Assembly (NCBI GenBank): GCA_010356995.1
Contig: ML996692.1
Location: forward strand, 1,306,205 to 1,370,204
From: Trichodelitschia bisporula
Taxonomy: Eukaryota
DNA: 64,000 bases
Direction of reading: 5' to 3'
Shown piece after piece: positions 35,589 to 49,530 of the stretch (the stretch's first letter is position 1; every line of letters begins with the position of its first letter). A program made the position numbers and the translations under genes. Under the pieces are notes generated by a model that saw nothing but the letters and a program-made list of their open reading frames with translations, did not search any database and was not told the DNA's origin.

Positions 35589-36970
35589 CTACCCCTTAAA
35601 CTCAACCTCCACAATCCCCATCCCCCCATCCACCAGCTTAATCCCCACAACACTCAGCCTGCTATCCGCAGCGCTAAACAGCTCCCGCCACATCTCCGCA
35701 CTCCTCTCCCTCGCCCCAAGCACCATCCACATCTGCAAATCCAGCGCCGTGACAAGCCGCTCCGCATGATTCGGCAACACCCCCCGCGGCGGGAGCACCG
35801 CATCGAAGACCACGATCCGCGCCCCCGTTTTCAACGCCGGCACCAGCGCGCGGATAATCCGAAGCGCGTACGCGTCCGCCCAGTCATGCAGGATGTGCTT
35901 GAACAGATACACATCCGCGCCGCGCACAGGCTGCTCGGCGAAGAAATCATGCGCCTGGAAGGACACGCGGTCCCTAAACTCCACCGGCCGGACGCTCTCG
36001 AATTCGGCGGCCAGTTTGGGCACATCCTGCACCACGAACTTCAAGTCCGGATTCACCGCCGCAATCGCGCACGACACGTGGCCCAGCGAACCACCCACAT
36101 CCACCACCAGTCCCTCCCCGAGACCGCCCCACGCGAAACCCTCCACCAACGACGCCATCGACACGCCCATCCCCCTCATCGCCCGCCCAAACCGCTCCAC
36201 CCGCCAGGGCTCCTCCTCCAAAAACTTCCAGAACCCGACTTCATCCCCGCAGCCCGGCCACAGAGCCCGCGCCACCACCGTCCGGCCCACCTTGGGCCCC
36301 TCGCCCTCTTCCCGCGCGACAGCAGTGGCGAACGGGATGCCCCTAGCGACTTCGTCGGTGCAGTGCCCGAGGAAGGACCGGATGCCTTCGTTCCGGCACA
36401 CGGTGGCGGAGAGAGGGGTGTGGGTTATGAGCTCTGCGTTAGTGGAGGTGAAGAGGCCGAGTGTCATGGCGTGCCGCAGAAGGCGGGCGAGGAGCCGGGG
36501 CGGGATGCCGGTTTTGGCGGATAGGGAGGCGTGGGATATGCCTGGCCCGGAGAGGGGGACGGCGGTCCATAGCGCTGTCTCTGTGAAGACGGTGAGAAGC
36601 ATGAGGTCATCTGTGCACTGGGGCGGGGGGTTAGACTCTCTAGCTTGTGGGGGGGGTAGGGAGCGGGTACGGTGAGCGCGGCCATTTTCCACCATTCTGC
36701 GGGCCCGATGGCGAGGTCCCGGAGCTGCGTGGCGGCGTCGATGAGGGCGAGGCGCGTGGCTTGGGCTGCTTCGTCGGGAGGGTAGGTTTCTGGGGCGGTA
36801 AGGGAGGTTAGGCTTGGGCTGGGAGCATTGGCGGCGGTGAGAAGGGTGGTTAGCTCGGTGGTTAGGGCGGAGATGCGTGAGGCTAGGGTGGTGAGTTCGG
36901 AGGGGGGCATGGTTGCGGTGGTGAGCTCGGAGGGAGGCATGGCTGCGGTGGTGAGTTCGGAGGTAGACAT
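35589..36970 (-). CDS. SAM-dependent O-methyltransferase (Methyltransf_2 / fungal secondary-metabolism type)
   Basis: SAM motif 'VVDVGGSLG', 'FQAHDFF', catalytic 'ILHDW', 'GARERS'. Intron 36618-36670. Three in-frame ATGs at 36970, 36940 and 36910. Confidence 0.92.
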
Positions 36971-38004
36971 GGTTGCGGTGGTGCGTGGGGATGGGGTGAG
37001 TTGGAGGCGGGGCGGGGCGGAATGGGGGTTATATTTGAGGCTTTGGGGCATGATGAGGGGGGTACGAGAGTCCCGATTGGAAATAGGAGGCGGACCTGGG
37101 GTTGCTTTACTCGCTGCTCTCATCCTGTTCCACGAGTGCCAAAGTTGCCGGATCTCGGGTCGCATCTGGCGGATCGTAGTGACCGGTCCAAAGACTCATG
37201 CGAGATCAGTGACACGGAGATGGCGGGTTGAAAAGCGGGGAAGGAAATCGAATCGAACCATCCGATCCCGATCGCGGGAGCGAATACCCAAAGGGTGAAA
37301 CGGGGGATCTGAAAGGATCAATGGCCGCAGCCTCGCCCCGATCCTTTCCAGCCTCGTCCAGTTGCACTTCCCCGCGATCACGCCGTCCCTTCCTGCCCAT
37401 CTCACCATCGAAAAATCGAATAATAACCCCTTCAATTGGTGAAATGCGAGCAGTACGTTTGGACGCCTGTGGTGATAGGGCGCTTGCTCGGTAAGTTATA
37501 GAGTACCGTGGTGCGACGGGGGAAGACCGGTGAGGCGGCGAGTATCGAGAGCGGGGGGTGTGGTACGCTTGCCAAGGGGGCGAGGCTGAGGCCAACTGTG
37601 GGTGGGGAGTATCCGGCCCCTCGGCTGCCCTCGTTGAGAGCTTCTCAAATGCCGGGCCGGGGAGTCTTACGTCACTATGCTGGAGGGAGACGTAGTAATT
37701 GGCAGGTAAACCACGGTATTCAAATCCCAACCATGGGAAAGAATCAACGGTCTCACACAGTTCCGTCCAGAATTCAAAAAAGCCCGGCAGCATTCTCGCC
37801 GCCAAAAAAAAGCGCCGTCCATATCGCTACATGCTTTTTCTCAATAACAACATCCCCATGCCTTAAAACACCCCTTCGTGCATCACCATAAGAAAAGCTA
37901 GGTATGCCGAATGACCTAGTAAAGTCCCCCCCATCCCCAGCATCAAAAGATAAACTTCTATAATCCCATCTCCCACTGAATCAAACGCCTTGCTCAACCC
38001 CGCA

Positions 38005-41000
38005 TCAACGCTTCCAACTCCCCCTCCTCCTCGTCTCAACCGGACTCCCCACCGCCCGTCCCACACTCAACCACTCCGCACACTCCAACCCGAGCTTAAC
38101 CTCAAAAATCCGCGCCATCAACCCTTGAACCGCGCGCTGCAACTCCGGCCCCATCTCCCGCCCAAGCAACGCAACAGCAAGCGGTGCAAACGTAGGTACA
38201 TGTTTCGCAAACTCTTCCTCGGGAAAGCCCGCATACCCCTCCAGTACATCCACCACAACCGGTCGCCAGGTCACAATATTGCGCTGCTGCGTCTCGTCGT
38301 CCAACGCCGCATACGCACCCACGATATCAGCACACAGCGGCACGAGCGCAGCCTCGGTCTCCGCGCGCGACGCCACGCGCTCCGGTTTGCTGTCGTGATA
38401 CATGCGGAACAAGATCGAGACATATACCGCCGCCGCACCACTCTCCTGCTTCAGCAGATTCGGAGGTTGCTTCATGAACCCCTCCTTGAACAACTTCGTT
38501 CGCAGCGCGCGGTCCTCATTAAAGCGGCGCGCGAAATGGTAGCTCTTCTTCAGCAACGCCATGAGGCGGAGTAGTTCAGGGGAGGGGATCTGCGCGTACA
38601 CGGCGTCGTTGCTGAAGAGCTCGTTCACCGTCTCGATCATGAGCAGCGTGAGGACGCATTTGGTTATTATTTGGTTGAAGAAGCGGCGCCGCGCGGCGGT
38701 GACGACGACGGGGGTGACTTGCGTTTCGTTGTCTGGGTGGTAGTCTTCTAGGCCGCCGGCGGAGGCGTCGCCATCTTCGTTCTGGACTGGCTCGCTGGGC
38801 GTGACGCGGCTGCGGGGTTGTGCGGGGAGGCCGTTGATGCCGAGGGCGTTGTCGAGGGAGTTGTCTTGCTCTGAGGCTGGTGTGCTGAGGGGCAGGTCGG
38901 AGAGACTCGCTGTTTCGGAGTTCGTCGAGCCGTGGCCGTTAGACTTGTATGAGCCCGATGTCGCGGCGGAGAAGAGTGCCGTGGCCTCGGTGCGCTGGAA
39001 GAGCTCGATGAAGGCGCCGATGATTTTGCGCCAGTGCTCGGGCGTGAACTTGCTTACATTCTGCAAGATCAGCTGCTGGAGGCAGTTGCTGCCGATGCGG
39101 GCTAGCGTGTCGTTCTCCTGACAGATGCACAGCGTCAGGAGGTCCAAGAATCGGTCGAGCATGTACTCGAGCGAGTCAAAGAAGTGCGTGAAGAGCGTGA
39201 TCATGTTCCGCAGCGCCTGGATCATCGTCGTCGAAAGCCAAACGGAGAGTTCCTCGTTGGTGGCAAACTTTTGCATCTCCGACTTGGAGCGCAGCACCAT
39301 GAAGATCGGGTACAATAGCTGCCGCCAAAGCGTGTCCCAGAAGTCGAGCGGGAAGTCACCGCCGTACTTCATCAGCGTCTCAAAGAGGTAGTTGAGCGCC
39401 CTAGACCGCACTTCCAGATCGTCTCCCGTCATCAGCACATCGTGGAAGGCAAACAGCACCGGGAACCAGAACTGCTCCTCGTCCGTTTGCCGCGACGGCT
39501 GCTTTGGCGGCGCCGGCTCGACGGCACGCTCACTTAGACGGGACAGCGGACACTCGGGCGTACGCAGCATCTTGTACACCGTCGACTTGAGCATCTCAAT
39601 TGCCTGGAGCGACTTCTTCTGGAACTTTTGGTTCTTGGAGAACTGCGTGAGACAGACGATCAAGTCTGCAAAGGCACCCTGCGAGATGACGACCCCGAAA
39701 TAGGTGTTGTAGATTTGCGTCACGTTGTCGTACGCCAGGTTGACGATGCCCTCTGTTGCGAGTTAGTAAGTACAACAGTGTTGAGAAGCGAGGTACGTAC
39801 CGTATGGCTCCCGCGCCGCCACCGTAAACACCCCAAACATTGTCCGCCAGCCCGAGCGGATATTTTTGCCCCGCGCCTGGATCATCTGAATCAAGCAGCG
39901 CAGCACCATATCCTTGACAGGCACGGCCGTGGTATTGCCAATGATGAGCTCAAACGGCTTCCAAAAGTCCTTCTGAAACTTGAAACCAGGAAGCTCCTCA
40001 ATATCCAGGAACCGCATCGACAATTGCCGCAGCGAGTCCAGCGCGAAAAAGACGACATGCGTGTTAGTGTGGCACCCGACTTGGATAAAGTGCTGTCCTA
40101 GGACCTGCCAGATGCTCGCCCACTCGAAGCGCACACGCGTCATGTTGTACCCGCTGATCTCAACAATCTTCTGCAGGCTGTACGTCCGCGGTGACTCGCT
40201 CTGGCCTGACGACTGAATCTCCTGCCAGCTAACCTGCGTCAGCGCGCGCACAAAGTGCAGGATGGCATCGCCAGAAAGGTTAGCCGTGTTCGTGAAGATG
40301 CGGTCGACCTGACGGATGATGTCTGTCGAGCGCGTCTCCTCGGCGACCTCAGCCTGGTAGTGCATGTGTGCGCTCTGCGCGCGTGGACGATGTCCCTTGG
40401 GCACCTGTAGCTTCTTTGATGACTTTTGGCTCTGGCTGTGGATCTTGCCGACGTCCGGGACTGCACCCTCATCGACGCCGGTAGAGATGAGCTGGAAGCG
40501 GTCGAGCTGGCTGACACAGGTAAGGATATCGCGCCAGGAGTCCTTGAGCAGATTCCCTTCGATAAGAGCCACGTCCAACAGACACTTGAGCGCCTCCACG
40601 TTGCGAGTCTTCATCTCGCTCAGGTTGTAAAGGTTCGTGAAGCGCGAGAGGGACGCCACAAACGCCTGGCGTGGATCGCTCAGGTCAAAGAGACAGGCAA
40701 TACGGATCGCCAGCTTCTGGCCCTCCATGCAGAGCCGCAGCGCACCAATATCGTTCGTGTCCTGGGCAGCCCCAGAGAGTGCGGTCAAAAACGGCATCCA
40801 CGTCACCTGGAACATAGGCCCGACGTGCTTCGATGAAGATGCGGGAACGAATTTGGCAACCGGCGCCTTGGACGCGCCCTTACGCTGCGCCCGCAGCAAG
40901 CTCTTGTACAGCTGCTCGGTGCGGTTTGCAATCTGCTCCGTCTGTGCGTACTCTTCGCGCTTGTAGTCGCGGCCTACGTTGGCGACTGCCTGACCAATGG

Positions 41001-43830
41001 TCGTGGCGAGGCCGCCTGCCGGCGCCGCCAGCGTACCCAGGTTGGCAGCCGTCTCGCGCTCGGTGTCGAGAACAATCTCATTGTGGGCAATTTCTTCAAA
41101 AATGGCACGCAGATACTCGTCTGGCAAGTCGGCGTTGTCGTTGATACCGCGATTGTTCTTGATGAAGTCCTCAGGTGTCATACGGCGCTTGACGTTGGAA
41201 CTGTGCTGGTCGGTGTTGAGCATGATGACGGAGTAAGCGAGCACGTAGGCGGTGTCTGCGTTGGCAAAGGCCTTTGGATTCCCGGTAATGTAGCGCTCGG
41301 CGAATTTCAGCATGAAGCGATCAATCTTCTGCGCCTCGCCCGGCAGGCGGAAGCTTTGCAGGAAACGGCGCAGCGCGTCCACGAAGCGCGTTTGACGGAA
41401 GTCCATCTGGTCGACGAAGGCGTGCATAATGGCGACGTTTTCAGGGTCACCCTCGCCTAGGAACTCTCCAAGCGATGCCTTGTTCACGCGTTCGTTGCCG
41501 AGAAAGAAGCGCGCAATATCCTGGGGATCATCCGACTTGATGAAGCCCTCCCGCAGCAGCACTTTGAGCCCGCGCTTGGGCTTGAAGTTGAACTGCCGGA
41601 TGGCATTGGCCAGCGCCGTCTTCCGCTGCTTCTCGCGGTCGAATTGGTTCGGATCGTCTTCGGCCACTGGCGTCGCCATACCGCCCGGGCTGTCGTTGGC
41701 TCCCAGGTGGGGTGAGTGAAAGGTGCCGCTAAACTCCCGACGGTCCAGCGACTCGCGTGACTCGTTCATGGACACCTTGAAGTCCGACTGTGCTCCAGCC
41801 AGCTCGCCGACACCTTGTTGTGACCAGTTGACCAGTGAGCGCAGAATCTCCACGAGCGCTTCCAGCGACTCATGCTTCATAGCGTACTCGGCCGGGAATG
41901 TCGTATCATGGTCATGCGGCGCTTGGATTGAAGCTGTCGACAGCGACGGAAGGACGACGCGGTGCTGCCAGTCAGACGGGCTGCTGGCGACTTTTGTGTG
42001 GTGCTCTTGGTATGCGTTCAGCTGAATAGAGGTGATGGACACCGGGGCGCTAGATATCCGTGACAAGTGCTCGACGATGCGCTCGAACATGTTGTCCAGC
42101 GCCGTGCGGTCGCAGTCGTAATTGAGATACACCTCGACCAAAGCGCGAGGGTCGGCACCAAGCCGGGAGAGCACCCCCAAGATCATCTGCTTCTGCCAGG
42201 CTGGCGCCGCGCGCTTGTCAAGAATGGCGAGGTAGACCTCCTTCATAAAGACTTCAATTTCCTTCTTGAGCATCACGCGGAGGTATTTGAGCATCAGCCA
42301 GAATATCTCGCAGCTGACCTCGAATACGGCCCGCGCCGAGCTCGCGCCGTTGCGGCTGAGACTGAGGCATAGGTACTGTTTGATAGCCTGGATAAAGGAC
42401 GTCGGTTCGTCGCTGCTGCTGCTGCGGATGGTGGCGTAAGGCGAGGTGAACACGGAGGTGTGGTTGTTCAGAAGTGTGTAGATGATATGCAATGCAAGAA
42501 GCTTCGACCGCATACCCTGAGACTTGACGTCGAGCGCGTGATCCACTGACAGAGCCTTGGTGCTGAGTCGACACATGGCACGGAAGACGAGGTACGCATC
42601 GCGAATGTAAATCTCGTCCTCCTCGTCCTCATAGCCCTCGCTGTCGTGATGGCCAGAAACGGTGCGGTGCGCGCGGGGCTTGACACGTGTCACCAGCGTT
42701 GGTGCGCTCTCCGTGATCTTTGCGTCATCGAAGCTCTTGCGGTTCTCGAAGCTCTGCAGAGTGATCTTGGGAGCCTCGCGCCTCTCAGTCGGCACATGTA
42801 CGTCGCTCGTCGCGGCGGACGCAGCTTCGGAGGATTCGTCTTCATCCGGCATATTGCTGCCGATATCTTCGCTCACGCCGTTCCCATCCTCCTCCTTCTC
42901 CATCGGCTTGGAGTTCATGCGTGCCTCCTTGAGCTCCATGCGGGTTTTGACGCGCTCGAAGACGGTGCCGACCATCTGCGTCAGCGCCGTCTGCGCCAGC
43001 ATCTGGTTCGACGTCGACTTCGACAGAAGGAAAATGTTGTAGGTAAGCCGGACCGCCTTGAGCAGACCCGCGCCATGCACCACAATCTTGTCATTGAGAA
43101 TAGCCGCAAGCAGGGACTTGACAATCTGAAGCTGGATGTCGACGGGGGTGGCCTCGCTCTGGAAGCAGTCGCAGATGGTGTCGATTGCACGCTCGATGAG
43201 GGGTGGCCCTTCCTGCTCCGGCGATTCCGACGGAGTGGAAAAGTATGAGTAGCTGATCAGCTTGCCTATGCAGTCCAGCGCCGTTGTCACCACCTGCACC
43301 GTCTGCACCTCGGAGGCCAGTTGGAGGGGCTCAAACAGCACCTCCGGGCTCAGCTTCGACGGATCCGCATCGCTCTTTATAGCACCCAACGCCCGTTGTA
43401 GCGACTCGGCTAGCTTCTTGTTCTTTCGCGCCTCCTTCGAGGCAGAAATGGATTCGAGTGATTGCACGACAAAGACGAGCGAGCTGCGTGTGGAGCGGTG
43501 GGTAGCAGTTGTCGCCATCGTCGATTGCGAGTCGGTACGGTGGCGGACCTGCGGCCGGGAGCCAGGCCGCTCATCGGGGTGGAAGGGTGATGGCTGGCGT
43601 GAAGGGGAGTCGGTGGGAGTATCGACATCTTTCTCAGGCACAGGCGGCGGTGGCGGCTCGTCGTCTTCGGGCACAGCCTCGGTGGTGATTGTGGGCACTA
43701 CGACATCTCGCGTCTCTTCTGCGCCGTTTCGGCGCTCCTCTAGGGGTGTCTCGTATGTCAACTTGGGCGTCGTCTCGGGGGTGTCCTGGGCGTCTTCGCG
43801 GCGCTCCTCGGGGAGATCTTCGGTGGCCAT
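38005..43830 (-). CDS. SEC7: Large Arf guanine-nucleotide exchange factor
   Basis: HUS box 'YLNYDCD', Sec7 motif 'FRLPGEAQKIDR', 'IMLNTDQH', 'FKFQKDF', 'NIRSGW'. Intron 39753-39800. Confidence 0.97.
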
Positions 43831-45241
43831 GTTGCTCTCGGGTCGGCCGGATCAGAGCGTCAATTAAACAGCAGGCGCATAGCGTGGTTATCAGGAGTGC
43901 AAAGGAGCGACGGAGGTCTAGTTCTAAGGTGAGAAACGGGGGAGTTGTGTTTAGCTGGTGAAGACACGTTCTGCAGTCCAGCTCGAATGCGACGGCGCCT
44001 TAGTCAGCGGGGGGGTTCGGTAGGCTGCGTCTTTTCGGAGCCGGTTTCGCCACGGGTCAACAGGAGGTCAGGACGAATGGGTGTAGCGGAGCAGCGATTC
44101 TGCGAATGTTCCTGTGACAGGTGGAGTACTGTGATATCTACAAGTTCGGGCCAGATTTTCTTTCTTCGAGCTCGCATGGCGTAGCCAAAAAGTGTTGTGG
44201 CTTGGAAAGTCCCACCAGCCACACGTCAGCTTCGGCACGATTGCGGCGCATGCAGTTCACGTCTCACGATGGGCATTGTTTGGGTGTTAGATGGAATTTG
44301 TGCTTCGGATGAGCCGGAACGCAAAGGTAGGCCGATGGTATACCCCAAACATATCACCACTGTCTCTTTCTCTCCTAGTACTCGAATAACATGAGGATAT
44401 CCGCATGTCACTGTCTGTCGAGATGCCCACAGTGGCTTAATTGGGGCACCTGAAGGGCTTAGGGGGATGAAAGGGGGGATATGTAGACTTGTGATGTGAT
44501 CCTTAGACATACAGCCGTAGACTTTGGAGTCCTTTGGGTGCTTCGAAGCCTGTCCGTCCTTATGGTATGCCTCCAATCCTACTCACCAACATCTCTCCAT
44601 TCATGCTCAAGCACTGAGGCAGAAATCTTGACTGAGGCTTGGTTCGATTGGTGGATGAGTACTCGTAGACACTTCGACAGAAGATCTCGGGTTTTGGGCT
44701 CGTGGAAGCGAAGGTAGGATCGTGAGATAGAAGTGCGTCAATCCACTTCAAGCTGCGAATCCTGAGTTAGCGGTCTAGCCAAAGGGGGTGATACCGTCTG
44801 GACCTCAGGGACTCGCGACCCTGAGCAATACCAACAAACAGGAGATATCAGCATCCTCAGAACCAAATCTTGAGCAGCAATGGATGACATGTCGTTGCTC
44901 AGCAGGGCACGGCTCGCACGCCGTCGTCGGAAACAGAAGAGACGATCTCGCACTAGCCACAAGGTTGAAGCGCCGCCTTGCCAAAAACGCGCAAGCGTGT
45001 TTGCCATCGGACTTGGAACTGTGGCTGAACTCGTGGCGCTGCAAGTTGTTGGGTCTCCGGGGTCACAGCTTTGACAACTTTCTCACCCTTTCTGCTGTTC
45101 TCCCCCACCGCCATCTCCGAAGTCAACAAGTGGCCAGCAAAATATTCCTCTTCACCTCAATTCCATCCACAACCGATCCGCCCACTTCCGCCTGCTTCTC
45201 TACTCGAGACCCGCCACCCGGCGTCCCCACACATTCCCCCA

Positions 45242-46867
45242 ATGCCTTCCACTACAAAGCTCGCGCGGATAGCGGGCCCTATCCACCTCCGGACCACATC
45301 TCGAGCCGCCGGTGGGCTCTGCAGAGCTCATAACGCTGTCAGGTACGCGATGAACACTACAATTGGTCTCCACATGGCCTGACACTGACTCCGCCAGCTG
45401 GACGCCATGCTATGCCGCCCTCGCACGCTACTATGCATCCAAATGTTAGTTCATTGGACACTTTTCTAAAGCTAGCTAACCCCACAGCCTTCCCTCCCCA
45501 CAGCGTCATCACGATGCCGGCCCTGTCGCCGACCATGACGGCCGGTAACATTGGCACGTGGCAGAAGAAGGTGGGCGACTCGCTCGCGCCGGGCGAGGTG
45601 CTTGTCGAGATCGAGACGGACAAGGCCCAGATGGACTTTGAGTTCCAGGAGGAGGGTGTGCTGGCCAAGATTCTGAAGGAGTCGGGCGAGAAGGAGGTGG
45701 CCGTTGGCAGCGTGAGTGTCCTGCATTCCTACATACTATTTGGTCTCCTAACAATCGCAGCCGATCGCCGTCATGGTCGAGGAGGGCGGCGACATCAGCG
45801 CCTTCGAGTCTTTCTCCACTGAAGATGCCGGCGGCGACAAGAAGGACGAGGGCGCAAAGACGGAGACCTCAGAAGCTTCCGAGCCGGCTGATTCGGGATC
45901 CAAGTCGGCGCCCAAGTCCGAGGAACCAGCCATCAAGGCGCAGGAGTCAGAGTCGACGGGCGCACGTCTCGAGACCGCCCTGCAGCGCGAGCCAAAGATC
46001 GCCCCTGCCGCCAAGCGCCTGGCGCTCGAGAAGGGCGTGCCGATTACGCAGCTCAAGGGCACCGGGCCCGGCGGCCAAATCACCAAGACCGACGTCGAGA
46101 AGTTCCAGGGCAGCTCCGGCACCTCGGCCTCCCCTGCCGCCGCCGGCGCTGCTTACGAGGACATCCCCGCGACGAGCATGCGTAAGACGATCGCCGCGCG
46201 CCTCACGGAGTCCATGCAGACGAACCCGCATTACTTCGTCGCGTCAGCTGTGTCTGTCTCCAAGCTGCTCAAACTGCGCCAGGCGCTCAATGCGTCCTCC
46301 GACGGGAAGTATAAGCTGTCTGTCAACGACTTCTTGGTCAAGGCTATTGCGGTCGCGGCGCGCAAGGTCCCGGCTGCGAATTCTAGCTGGCGCACGGTGG
46401 ACGGGCAAGTGGTTATCCGCCAGCACAACGTCGTGGACGTGAGCGTCGCGGTGGCCACACCGATCGGGCTCATGACCCCCATTGTCAAGAACGTCAATGG
46501 GCTGGGGCTGGAGAGCATCTCAGCGCAAGTCAAGGAGCTGGGCAAGCTGGCGCGCGACGGCAAGCTCAAGCCCGAGCAGTACCAGGGCGGTACGATCACG
46601 ATCAGTAACATGGGCATGAACCCGGCGATCGATCGCTTCACGGCCGTGATCAACCCGCCGCAGGCGACGATTGTGGCTGTGGGCACGACGCAGAAGGTTG
46701 CGGTCCCGGGCGAGCTGGACGAGGATGGTGTCCCGGGTGTGGAGTGGGATGAGCAGATTGTGCTTACGGGGAGCTTTGATCATAAGGTTGTTGATGGGGC
46801 GGTTGGGGGCGAGTTTATGAGGGAGTTGAAGAGGGCGGTTGAGAATCCGTTTGAGTTGCTGTTGTAG
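45242..46867 (+). CDS. LAT1: Pyruvate dehydrogenase E2, dihydrolipoamide acetyltransferase
   Basis: Presequence exon; lipoyl domain 'MPALSPTM...IETDKAQ'; subunit-binding '[11 protein letters not shown]'; catalytic 'FDHKVVDG'. Three introns. Confidence 0.97.
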
Positions 46868-47140
46868 GGCGCTCCTGCGGGGGCTTCTTCTGCTGTAGGG
46901 TGAGTGCTTGGGCTTGGTTTGCGGGTGGGGGGATGCTAGAGGGTAAGGTTCTGCTTAGGTAGTTGAGGGGGAGGGTTGAGTAAAATGTATAATGTCTGTG
47001 CTGGTGCTTTGGGTTCATGAGTTGGTGATATCCAGATAAGTGAGCACAGTAATGGTTGAACCGGCGTCCATTTTTATATCGGTCAAAACTAAAATTTTGA
47101 TAGTCATATTTACAATTTTGCGTTATGTCACTATCCAATC

Positions 47141-47212
47141 AGCTGAATGGCGCAGCGGAAGCGCGCCGGGCTCATAACCCGGAGGACGGTGGATCGAAAC
47201 CACTTTCAGCTA
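47141..47212 (+). tRNA. Initiator tRNA-Met (CAT)
   Basis: 72-nt cloverleaf: acceptor stem AGCTGAA/TTCAGCT (A1-U72), anticodon arm CCGGG-CTCATAA-CCCGG, initiator-type T loop GATCGAAAC, followed by an oligo-T terminator. Confidence 0.97.
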
Positions 47213-48254
47213 GCTTTTTTTGCACAAAGTCGCATGCTCGAGACTCGGTGGCCGCATTCTTTTTGTCACCTTTTCCTACTATCCGAAAGAGGCAGGAGCA
47301 GTGACCAATTTTTGACAGCTGTTTGGGTTCGATCTCGGAATCCTCTTTCTCTCATGACGTCTCTCCCCTCCTATCGTCACATCACCGATTCCAAGTACGC
47401 CATCCGCCCGTCCTCGCCGAGAAGAGCTGGTACCTGCCGACAGAGCTGATCTACTGTCAGCTTCTGTCTCCACTTCCCTTGCGGCTGAACTCCCCAGATG
47501 GACCCTGCAGCACGAGAAAGACGAAAAGGCCTTCAATTGCAGCAATTCCCATCACGCCAGGAAATATGCACTTTAAGGCCCCAAAAACCCCGATCTGGAA
47601 TATTCGGCACACAGGAGCTTTCCGCGTGCTGACAAGATTGCACTACAGTCTGACGGGCATTTTTTCGTGCCCCGCTTAATCTTATGTGCAAGCCAGAGCA
47701 GAGCTGATGGGCGGACCTACGTGGCATTCAGGGTACAGATGATTGCAGTTCGCTTTGCAGAGCTGCCGTGAGGGGCAAGCTGAAAGGCTGACGCGAGCAG
47801 AGGGCTTTCCTATTGGAAGCAGATTGAGGGCCGATTTTGATACAGTTGGCGGGGATTGATTCGAGTACGACTGGTCAGTCTTGCCGGAGAGGAAGGACTG
47901 TAGGTCGTCCGTGAGGTTCGGTATTCGTATGCCTCTCCCTCTCTCTCCTTGGATAAGTGATGCAAGCTCAAGTCACTGATTCACATCCCAGAGCCCAAGA
48001 TCAGGATAAACGAGCGGACTATATTGAATATGAACCAGCTAAAACGAATGTGGCCAGGACACAGCAGGCGTCAATTCCCTGCATGTCTAGCAAGAATCGA
48101 ACAAAACCATTAAAAATACCCGCTTCGCGGAGCTGCCCGCAAAAAAATCCATGCAATGTAGAAAAAAAATCACAAAAATGCTGAACGCCACCCAATGCAG
48201 CAAGACCATGACGACCGTCGCAACACCCTCGTGTCTCCCCTCCCTGGGAGCTTT

Positions 48255-49530
48255 TTAGTTGACCTCGATCAAAGCCGGCGCGAACAGCGTCGCCTTGCTC
48301 ACGTCCACCGCGCTCGTGAAGCCAGTCCCCACCGTCACCGCCGCGATCGTCAACCCGTTCATGAGGAACTCGTTGAAGGGGAAGAGCGCGTCGAAGGTGA
48401 TGACCGTGCCGGAGACACGGACGTTGGTCAAAGGCTCGGCGACCGGCACGTTCTGCTGGTTGATGTATTGCAGGGTCAGCTGGCTCCAGTCGTAGTGCGA
48501 GAAGTCAGTCGTGGACCCGAGCTTCGCCCAGTTCGACCCCTTGAAGTTGAGCAGCGTGGCGGGGTTCAGGGTCTTGACGTCGAAGCTGAAGGTCAGGGTC
48601 TGGTCCATGGGCTTGACGGTGGGAGTGACGAGCTTCAGGACGCCGAAGATGGAGAGCGGGATCTCGTTCTCGTTCGGGCAGGTACCAGGGATGACGAAGC
48701 CCTGCAGCGCGGAGAAGGCGAAGTCGCGCGTGGATGTGGTGAGGAAGGGCAGCGCATTGGGAATCAGGTTCTTGTTCTGCAGGATGCGGTAGAAGCCGTC
48801 TTGCTCGCCTTCCTGGCCGACGACGGAGGCGACGCCTGTGGTGAGCGCGGCATCACCGTTGGCAGCGAAGATTTCGATGACGTTTTGCAGGGTGCCCAGG
48901 ACGACGTCTGTGAAGGTCGCGGCGAGGGCGATGGCGTCTTCGAAGTTGGTGGTTGGGAAGGTGTAGTGGCACGGCTGGATGGGGTCTTTGTTGAAGTGCT
49001 TCAGGGCGCCGTTGGCGTTGAGGAGGTGGAGTTCTTCTTGCTGTGGGGTGTCAGTTGAGGCTCATTGTCAAAGAACTGGAAGGGAAGGTACGTACAGCGA
49101 GCGCCGCGGTCAGGGTCTCAATGACCAGAGTCCGGTATCCCGGGTCCGGGATATCGAAGCCAGGGACATGGTTCGTGATATTGAAGATGAGGTCCGCGAA
49201 GAAGGCCGCCTCGAACAACTCATTGAACGCAATAAGCTGCAGGTTTATAATCCCCTCATTGGAGATCGTCGGGGGCGGCGCGCCGTTCGGCAGCGACCCG
49301 TGGGCCTGGATCTCAATGACTTCGATCTGCTGAGGACTGGGGTTGGGGAAGCCGTCGGACAGCGGGAAGATCTCGCCGTTGTTGGTGCTCTTGGGTGTCG
49401 GGGCACTGAGCGTCGCGCTCTGGATGTTGTCCGAGATGATCGGGGGCTGGTTGACGGGTGCTTGGGCGGGAGCAGCGGAGGCGAGGGACACGAGGGCAGC
49501 GAGGCCGGCGGTGGCGATTATAGAGCGCAT
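48255..49530 (-). CDS. Secreted protein, LsdA (late sexual development)/ferritin-like family
   Basis: Signal peptide; 'FPLSDGFPNPS', 'LQLIAFNELFEAAFF', 'QEELH', 'GQEGEQDGFYR'. Intron 49041-49095. Confidence 0.75.

Noticed and set aside
47323..47345. B-box-like GGTTCGATCTC downstream of tRNA-iMet
   Set aside because: I could not fold a cloverleaf or find a matching A box around it.
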